Below are positions 17,042 through 24,000 of a DNA stretch of 24,000 bases, piece after piece. This DNA is from Betaproteobacteria bacterium (lineage in GTDB: Bacteria > Pseudomonadota > Gammaproteobacteria > Burkholderiales > Burkholderiaceae_F): assembly GCA_005882215.1 (NCBI GenBank), contig VBCK01000116.1, positions 114,678 to 138,677 on the forward strand, in the 5' to 3' direction. The number at the start of each line of letters is the position of its first letter. Position 1 is the stretch's first letter. The notes beneath the pieces were generated by a model. That model saw nothing but the letters and a program-made list of their open reading frames with translations, did not search any database and was not told where the DNA came from. The translations under genes were made by a program, and so were the position numbers.

Positions 17042-17199
17042 CTGTGTCTCCCGGTCATCCGGCGTCGGGTTCCAAATATCCTACGCTCACACGGCTGTTC
17101 ACACCCCGGTTCCGGCTCAGGCGATCACGTGTCGCGTTCGGGGTCTATATTGAGGGCCTTCCGAAGCGTTGTGCCGCAGCCCGGGAGCGCATTCGACGG
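17042..17199. promoter_or_regulatory. Divergent intergenic region expected to hold promoters for the Mo/Sox-like operon (-) and the beta-eliminating lyase gene (+)
   Basis: This is the only non-coding DNA upstream of both divergent start codons. It contains a direct TCACAC...TCACAC repeat, a CACGTG-centred imperfect palindrome (GATCACGTGTC) and a TATATT hexamer. None of these is verified as functional. Confidence 0.35.
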
Positions 17200-18606
<1,407 letters not shown>

Positions 18607-19157
18607 CTAGCGCCGCACGCCAGCCAGCACGACGAGGCCGGCAGGAAGCGCCTCTGCGCCGAACGAGGCGCGCTCACGCGCATCGACGCCTTCACCTCGC
18701 AGAATGCGCAAGGCCTCGTCGACGTCGAACGTCACGTTGCGGTGGTGCTCGTCGCTGCGCCGCCAGTTTCCGCCATCACGCCGGAAAACCGTGATCGCCC
18801 GATCGAAGCGTGTCCGGTCGACACGACGGCATCGGACTCGCGCAAGGCCCCATTCGATCCCGGCGGCAGGCCGGTGGGCAGCCGGACTAGCTCGAAATCA
18901 GCGCCTCGTTCGTACTCGCGCGCCAGCTCGATCATCGCCGGCGACGCATCGACACCGCGCACCGCAAATCCGGCGGCACACAGCTCTCGGGCCAGCAGAC
19001 CGCTGCCGCAGCCGACGTCCGGCACGCGGGCGCCGGCGCCCATGCCACTGTCGCGCAACAGCTGGACGATGCCAGGTCCGGTCCGTTCGACATGGTGAGA
19101 ATAGCCGGCGTGGTGAACCCACGCGAGGTCGTCCTGGTAGTAAGCCTGCCTTGCCAT
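18607..19157 (-). pseudogene. Class I SAM-dependent methyltransferase, frameshifted and probably internally deleted
   Basis: Frame A (19157 -> ~18812) reads [22 protein letters not shown]...[36 protein letters not shown]...DAVVSTGH. It then runs into nonsense and stops at 18732. A second frame, from ~18811 to the TAG at 18607-18609, reads [67 protein letters not shown]. That is a plausible C-terminus for this methyltransferase family. The segment normally lying between the two parts appears to be missing. Confidence 0.6.
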
Positions 19158-19336
19158 CGTGGCAACATACCACGCAGGTCCGCAACGCTTTCGAGTCTGG
19201 GCGGCCACCGCCGGACCAGGAAAAGAGCCAGCGCCAGCAGCGAGCCGCCCGGCAGCAGCAGTTCCAGCATCAGATAAGGTCCCAGCTGCCTTCCGACCCG
19301 ACGCAGCGTCGCTACAAGCCCGGTGATGACATCCAT
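18932..19336 (-). CDS. Hypothetical small membrane protein ORF (only the first ~45 codons look protein-like)
   Basis: The ATG at 19334-19336 is preceded by a strong AAGGAG, 8 nt upstream. The N-terminus [43 protein letters not shown] contains one clear TM helix. The frame then stays open for ~90 more codons, out of frame across the methyltransferase 5' region. The true 3' end is therefore unknown. Confidence 0.3.
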   Translation of the reverse strand: MDVITGLVATLRRVGRQLGPYLMLELLLPGGSLLALALFLVRRWPPRLESVADLRGMLPRWQGRLTTRTTSRGFTTPAILTMSNGPDLASSSCCATVAWAPAPACRTSAAAAVCWPESCVPPDLRCAVSMRRRR

Positions 19337-19513
19337 TTGGCGTGCTCCTTTCAATACATAGTCGTTTGGGCCGCCTCGAAATCGACAGTGGATTGCCACA
19401 ATCGCGGAGGTGGTGATCGGCACGGGTGCGGCCGATACACTTGCGCCAAAATGCACTCACCACCAATCGGGTTTCGGGCCGCGTGCGGCTCGAACTACGG
19501 CCGCGAGGTCCAG

Positions 19514-20713
19514 ATGAATTCCGCCTTTGTCCAGCACGTACAAGCCGAACTCGCAGGCCTGCGCGAATCGGGCTTCTTCAAGCCCGAGCGCGTGATCGCC
19601 AGCCATCAGCGCGCGGACATCAGGCTGCGCGACGGCCGGGAGGTGTTGAACTTTTGCGCCAATAACTACCTGGGCCTGGCCGACGACCCGCGGCTGATCG
19701 AGGCCGCGAAGAGGGGCTTGGACGCCTACGGCTACGGCGTCGCCTCGGTGCGCTTCATCTGCGGCACGCAGGCGGTACACAAGGAGCTTGAAGCGGCGCT
19801 TTCGCGTTTCCTGGGCACCGAGGACACGCTGCTGTACTCGAGCTGCTTCGATGCCAACGGCGGCGTTTTCGAGACGCTGCTGGGCGAACAGGATGCAGTA
19901 ATTTCCGATGAGCTCAATCATGCATCGATCATCGACGGTATCCGCCTGAGCAAGGCGCAGCGCTACCGGTACCGCAACCGCGATGCCGCGGATCTGCAGG
20001 TGCAGTTGCAGGCTGCGGAGACCGCGGGCGCCCGCTTCAAGCTGATCGTCACGGACGGCGTGTTCTCGATGGACGGGACCATTGCCGATCTGGCGGCCAT
20101 CTGCGAGCTGGCCGACCGCCACGATGCGCTGGTGATGGTCGATGACTCTCACGCGGTGGGGGTCCTGGGCCAACACGGCCGTGGGACGCCGGAGCACTGC
20201 GGCGTTGCCCAGCGCGTGGACCTGAGCAGCGGCACCCTGGGCAAGGCGCTGGGCGGCGCCAGTGGCGGCTATGTTGCCGGCCGCGGTCCGATCATCGAGC
20301 TGCTGAGGCAGCGGTCGCGCCCTTACCTGTTTTCCAATTCGCTTGCGCCATCGATCGCGGCCGCCAGCCTGGAGGTGCTGCGATTGCTCGAGCGTGAAGG
20401 GGCGCAATTGAGGTCGCGACTGCGGGCCAACGCGCAGCGCTTCCGTAGCGCGATGGCGGCCGCCGGGTTTGCCTTGGCCGACGGCGAACACCCGATCGTT
20501 CCGGTGCTGCTGGGAGATGCCGCAGTCGCCGGCACGATGGCGCAACGGCTGCTTGAGCAGGGCATCTACGTGGTCGGCTTCTCCTTTCCCGTGGTGCCGA
20601 AGGGAAGGGCGCGCATCCGCACGCAGATGAGCGCCGCCCATGCGCCCGGGCATATCGATCGGGCGGTGGCCGCGTTCACGAGCGTCGGGCGCGAGCTCGG
20701 CGTGATCGCTTGA
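19514..20713 (+). CDS. kbl: 2-amino-3-ketobutyrate CoA ligase (glycine C-acetyltransferase)
   Basis: ORF 18704..20713 is trimmed to the ATG at 19514 (GAGG lies 5 nt upstream). The protein [28 protein letters not shown]...[41 protein letters not shown]...[17 protein letters not shown] matches Kbl. Adjacent tdh supports the call. Confidence 0.92.
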   Translation: MNSAFVQHVQAELAGLRESGFFKPERVIASHQRADIRLRDGREVLNFCANNYLGLADDPRLIEAAKRGLDAYGYGVASVRFICGTQAVHKELEAALSRFLGTEDTLLYSSCFDANGGVFETLLGEQDAVISDELNHASIIDGIRLSKAQRYRYRNRDAADLQVQLQAAETAGARFKLIVTDGVFSMDGTIADLAAICELADRHDALVMVDDSHAVGVLGQHGRGTPEHCGVAQRVDLSSGTLGKALGGASGGYVAGRGPIIELLRQRSRPYLFSNSLAPSIAAASLEVLRLLEREGAQLRSRLRANAQRFRSAMAAAGFALADGEHPIVPVLLGDAAVAGTMAQRLLEQGIYVVGFSFPVVPKGRARIRTQMSAAHAPGHIDRAVAAFTSVGRELGVIA

Positions 20714-20762
20714 GCTCGAGCGGCGCGAGCGGGATGGCTGTGATGACGAGGACCCGACAACG

Positions 20763-21794
20763 ATGAGAGCGCTCGTGAAGGCCGAGGCCGGCCCCGGATT
20801 GGACCTGCAGCGGGTCAAGAAACCGGAAGTCGGCCACAACGATCTGCTGATCAAGATCCGCAAGACGGCAATCTGCGGCACCGACGTCCACATCTGGAAC
20901 TGGGACGAGTGGGCGCGTCGAACGATCCCGGTCGGGATGCACGTCGGACACGAATACGTGGGAGAGGTGGTCGGGATGGGTTCGGAGGTGCGCGGTTTCC
21001 GGATCGGCGATCGCGTATCGGGCGAGGGCCACGTGACGTGCGGGTATTGCCGCAATTGCCGCGCCGGCCGGCGTCACTTGTGCCGCAACACGGTCGGCGT
21101 CGGCGTGAACCGCGAAGGAGCATTTGCCGAGTTCCTGATGATCCCCGCCTTCAATGCGTTCAAGATTCCCGATGACATCTCCGATGAGGTCGCCTCGATC
21201 CTGGACCCGCTGGGCAACGCCGCCCATACGGCTCTGAGCTTCGACCTCGTCGGGGAAGACGTGCTGATCACCGGGGCCGGGCCGATCGGCATCATGGCCG
21301 CGGCGATAAGCCGCCACGTCGGCGCAAGGCATATCGTCGTGACCGACGTGAACGACTATCGGCTGGACCTGGCACTTAAGATGGGTGCCAGCCGGGCGGT
21401 CAATGTCGCCCGGCAGGATCTGCAGTCGGTGATGGGAGAGCTGGGGATGACCGAGGGCTTCGATGTCGGGATGGAGATGTCGGGCAGCCCGCAGGCGCTG
21501 CGCAGCATGCTCGGGTCGATGAATCACGGCGGGAAAGTCGCACTGCTCGGGATTCCCCCGGGCGACGTCGCGATCGACTGGAACCAGGTGATCTTCAAGG
21601 GGCTCGTGATCAAGGGTATCTACGGTCGCGAGATGTTCGAGACCTGGTACAAGATGATCGCGATGTTGCAATCCGGTCTGGACGTCACGCCGGTGATCAC
21701 GCATCGGTTCGCGATCGACGCCTACGTCACCGGCTTCGAGACGATGTTGTCGGGCCAGTCCGGCAAGATCCTGCTGGACTGGACGGCGGGCTGA
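20763..21794 (+). CDS. tdh: L-threonine 3-dehydrogenase (Zn-dependent MDR family)
   Basis: [70 protein letters not shown] and the structural-zinc Cys cluster [15 protein letters not shown] match Tdh. GAGGA lies ~10 nt upstream. This is the canonical kbl-tdh pair. Confidence 0.93.
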   Translation: MRALVKAEAGPGLDLQRVKKPEVGHNDLLIKIRKTAICGTDVHIWNWDEWARRTIPVGMHVGHEYVGEVVGMGSEVRGFRIGDRVSGEGHVTCGYCRNCRAGRRHLCRNTVGVGVNREGAFAEFLMIPAFNAFKIPDDISDEVASILDPLGNAAHTALSFDLVGEDVLITGAGPIGIMAAAISRHVGARHIVVTDVNDYRLDLALKMGASRAVNVARQDLQSVMGELGMTEGFDVGMEMSGSPQALRSMLGSMNHGGKVALLGIPPGDVAIDWNQVIFKGLVIKGIYGREMFETWYKMIAMLQSGLDVTPVITHRFAIDAYVTGFETMLSGQSGKILLDWTAG

Positions 21795-21804
21795 GGCATC
21801 GATC

Positions 21805-23232
21805 GTGAATTTCGTGCGTGCTCCGCTTCTTGCCGCAATCGGTTTCTTTTGCGCGAACGCCGCCGCGGAGCAGGGTCCGTCCGCGCCACGCGTGGTCGCA
21901 ATCGTGGACGCCACGGTCGTGCACCCCGACCGGGACGGGGCCGATGCGATTCGTCCTCACACGACGGTCGTGATCGAAGGTTCCCGCATCTCCCAGGTCG
22001 GTCCGAGTTCCTCCACGCCGGTTCCCAAGGGAGCGCAGGTGGTCGATGGTGCCGGCAAGTGGCTGATCCCCGGTTTGATCGACGGCCATGTGCATTTCTT
22101 CCAGTCGGGAAACTTTTATACCCGTCCCGACGGACTGGACCTGACGAAGCGGGTTCCGTACGCGAGCGAGGTGGCTCGCAACAAGGCGCGCCTTGCCGCC
22201 ACTTTCAAAGTATGGATCGCGAGCGGCGTGACCACGGTCGTCGACGTCGGAGGGCCGCTGTGGAATTTCGAGGTGCGCAAGGCGGCACAAGCCTCCGAGG
22301 CGGCACCCCACGTCGCGGTCGCGGGCCCGCTCGTTTCGATGGTGGCCGATCCCAAGCTCGAGCTCGACGATCCCCCGATCATCAAGGCCGCCACCGCAGA
22401 GGAAGGCGTTCGTCTGGTCGCGCGGCAGCTGCCCTACCAGCCCGATTACATCAAGGTCTGGTTCATTCACGAACAGGGGACCGATCTGGCCGCTCAGGAG
22501 GCGATCGTCCGAGCTGTCGGCGAGACTGCCCACACGGCGGGCGTCCCCCTGGCCGTGCACGCCACCGAGCTCGTTACCGCGAAGGCCGCGCTGCGCGCGG
22601 GCGCGGACTACCTGGTGCACTCCGTCGGCGACGAACCGGTCGACGCCGAGTTCCTTGACCTGGCCAAGCGCAACAAGGCGCTGTACTGCCCCACGCTATG
22701 GGTCATTTCGGGCTATCGATACGCGTTCGCCGGCCTTTGGCGCCCGACGCAGGCCGAGCAGCGCCTGGCCGACCCGCAGATTCTGGCGATGATGCGGGAC
22801 CTGGAGCGCATTCCGAAGGAGGAGCTTCCCCCTCGGATCGTGGAGCGGATGGCCGAGGCCAAGACACCTCCGCCCCCGACGATGATGCTGCGTAATCTGA
22901 AGTCGGTGCACGACGCCGGAGTGCCGGTCGTGATGGGCACGGACGCGGGCAACATCGGAACGCTTCACGGCCCCTCGGTATTCCGTGAAATGGCTCTGAT
23001 GCAGGAGGCCGGGTTGACGCCGCTGCAGGTTTTGCGTGCGGCGACCGTCAATGGCGCGCGGGCCGCGCGGCGCGAATCGACGGTTGGAACAATCGCTCCC
23101 GGTGCGGCGGCCGACCTCGTGTTGCTGACTGCCGATCCTACGGTCGACATCAACAACGCAGCCCGCATCTATCGTGTGTTCCGCAAAGGCAGGATGTTCG
23201 ACCCGGACGAGTTGATCGTGTCGATCCGCTAG
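21805..23232 (+). CDS. Secreted metal-dependent amidohydrolase-superfamily protein
   Basis: The start is GTG. The signal peptide is MNFVRAPLLAAIGFFCANAAAEQ. Metal-ligand contexts are GLIDGHVHF (HxH), LAVHA and VVMGTDAGN. The C-terminal GTIAPGAAADLVLL is typical of the composite domain. The substrate is unknown. Confidence 0.8.
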   Translation: MNFVRAPLLAAIGFFCANAAAEQGPSAPRVVAIVDATVVHPDRDGADAIRPHTTVVIEGSRISQVGPSSSTPVPKGAQVVDGAGKWLIPGLIDGHVHFFQSGNFYTRPDGLDLTKRVPYASEVARNKARLAATFKVWIASGVTTVVDVGGPLWNFEVRKAAQASEAAPHVAVAGPLVSMVADPKLELDDPPIIKAATAEEGVRLVARQLPYQPDYIKVWFIHEQGTDLAAQEAIVRAVGETAHTAGVPLAVHATELVTAKAALRAGADYLVHSVGDEPVDAEFLDLAKRNKALYCPTLWVISGYRYAFAGLWRPTQAEQRLADPQILAMMRDLERIPKEELPPRIVERMAEAKTPPPPTMMLRNLKSVHDAGVPVVMGTDAGNIGTLHGPSVFREMALMQEAGLTPLQVLRAATVNGARAARRESTVGTIAPGAAADLVLLTADPTVDINNAARIYRVFRKGRMFDPDELIVSIR

Positions 23233-23619
23233 TTCGGGCACAAACGCAGAGGCGGAATCGAGGTCGGCGCAAGCGGGTTGACGTCGCAGATCTGACCCCG
23301 CAGTTGCGCGCAATCGGCCTGGGCGCACCGATGACACCCGCGGAGCTCGACGCGTGGGTGCGCGGCTCGGTCGCGCTGTTTATCGACGGGTACACCGGCA
23401 TCGCGAAACGCGGCGCGAGTTCAGTGCGGAACTGATGCGCGGCCCTCGAGTTTCCGATTCTTGAACTGCGGACTTCACACCAGCGACGGTCCAATCCGCT
23501 ACAGTTCGAAGCATGCCCGCGTTGTCACCTTCGCGAACGCTGGATCGTCAACGGCGAGGTGTCCGAACCAGCGCTGTTTGGCTTGCTTAGAAGCGACTTC
23601 GTCGCGTGAAAGGAACAAC

Positions 23620-24000
23620 ATGCCGCTCGTCAGGATCGATCTTTCCGAGGAAGCCGCCGAGACGCTAGGGCAGGACATCGGCGAACTGGTCTACCAGGCG
23701 ATGGTCGACGTGATCAACGTGCCGCGCGACGACAAATTCCAGATCATCACCTGGCACGGCTGGCACCAGCTCGTTCACCCGGAGAAATACCTTGGAATCG
23801 AGTACTCGCCGGGGATCGTGTTCATCCAGATCACGCTGAACCAGGGACGCTCGGTGGAAATGAAGAAGGCGTTCTACCGCAGAGTCGCGGACGACCTGCA
23901 CTCGAAGCTCGGCGTGCGGCTGCAAGACATCGTGATCAACCTGGTCGAGGTGCCGAAGGAAAACTGGTCGTTCGGCAACGGCGAGATGCAGTACGCCTGA
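23620..24000 (+). CDS. Tautomerase-family protein (4-oxalocrotonate tautomerase superfamily, long ~126-aa form)
   Basis: ORF 23461..24000 is trimmed to the ATG at 23620 (AAAGGA upstream). The protein then starts MPLVRIDL, giving Pro-1 after Met removal, which is the catalytic hallmark of the superfamily. The C-terminal VEVPKENWSFGNGEMQYA is typical. The stop TGA falls exactly at the window end (23998-24000). Confidence 0.75.
   Translation: MPLVRIDLSEEAAETLGQDIGELVYQAMVDVINVPRDDKFQIITWHGWHQLVHPEKYLGIEYSPGIVFIQITLNQGRSVEMKKAFYRRVADDLHSKLGVRLQDIVINLVEVPKENWSFGNGEMQYA

Noticed and set aside
18704-19513. The 270-codon N-terminal extension of the kbl ORF (669-aa track entry).
   Set aside because: It is an Arg/Ser/Pro-rich stretch antisense to the methyltransferase remnant. 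Kbl homologues begin at the MNSAFVQHV... position (ATG 19514), which has a GAGG upstream.
19457-21914. 532-aa and 412-aa minus-strand ORFs opposite kbl and tdh.
   Set aside because: They are antisense to two textbook genes, have low-complexity Arg/Asp/His-rich translations and no motifs.
23233-23619. Possible content in the 387-nt gap after the amidohydrolase. One candidate is the minus-strand 114-aa ORF (23150-23494). The other is a + frame reading ...LTPQLRAIGLGAPMTPAELDAWVRGSVALFIDGYTGIAKRGASSVRN* that ends at 23435.
   Set aside because: The minus ORF is low-complexity and overlaps the amidohydrolase 3' end. The + frame looks faintly protein-like and could be a gene remnant. It has no usable start codon beyond a 34-codon ATG ORF, and I cannot place it in a family without a search. 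I also checked for tRNA-like T-loops. A GTTCGAA occurs near 23505, but its flanks do not pair.

Overview
This is a GC-rich, densely coding, proteobacterial-type chromosomal window. I can support 23 protein-coding features (one is a probable pseudogene, one a weak small ORF). I saw no rRNA, tRNA, CRISPR array, transposase, integrase or recognisable defence genes. All family assignments come from motif recall, since no searches were run. The window falls into four blocks.

(1) 132-6332 (+): a 2-aminoethylphosphonate (AEP) biosynthesis cassette. It holds a stand-alone LicC/PntC-like nucleotidyltransferase, a PEP mutase (EDKxxxxxNS motif) fused to a second nucleotidyltransferase domain, phosphonopyruvate decarboxylase and an AEP transaminase. 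A POTRA-less Omp85-family beta-barrel follows.

(2) 6491-11149 (+): the hopanoid side-chain tailoring set hpnI-hpnJ-hpnK-hpnL.

(3) 17041-11166 (-): the most unusual locus. Seven genes have zero or negative spacing at every junction. They are a [2Fe-2S] subunit, a Tat-exported IorB-type molybdopterin subunit, an FCSD/SoxF-type flavoprotein, SoxX, a SoxY homologue, SoxZ and SoxA. The SoxY homologue ends in AACTEPSS rather than the canonical GGCGG carrier arm. No soxB or soxCD is present in the window. I read this as a candidate uncharacterised periplasmic carrier-protein oxidation system.

(4) 17200-24000: a tyrosine-phenol-lyase/tryptophanase-family lyase, a frameshifted and probably internally deleted SAM methyltransferase, a doubtful small membrane ORF, kbl-tdh, a secreted amidohydrolase and a tautomerase-family protein.

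Many long antisense or out-of-frame ORFs in the track are high-GC artefacts and were rejected.
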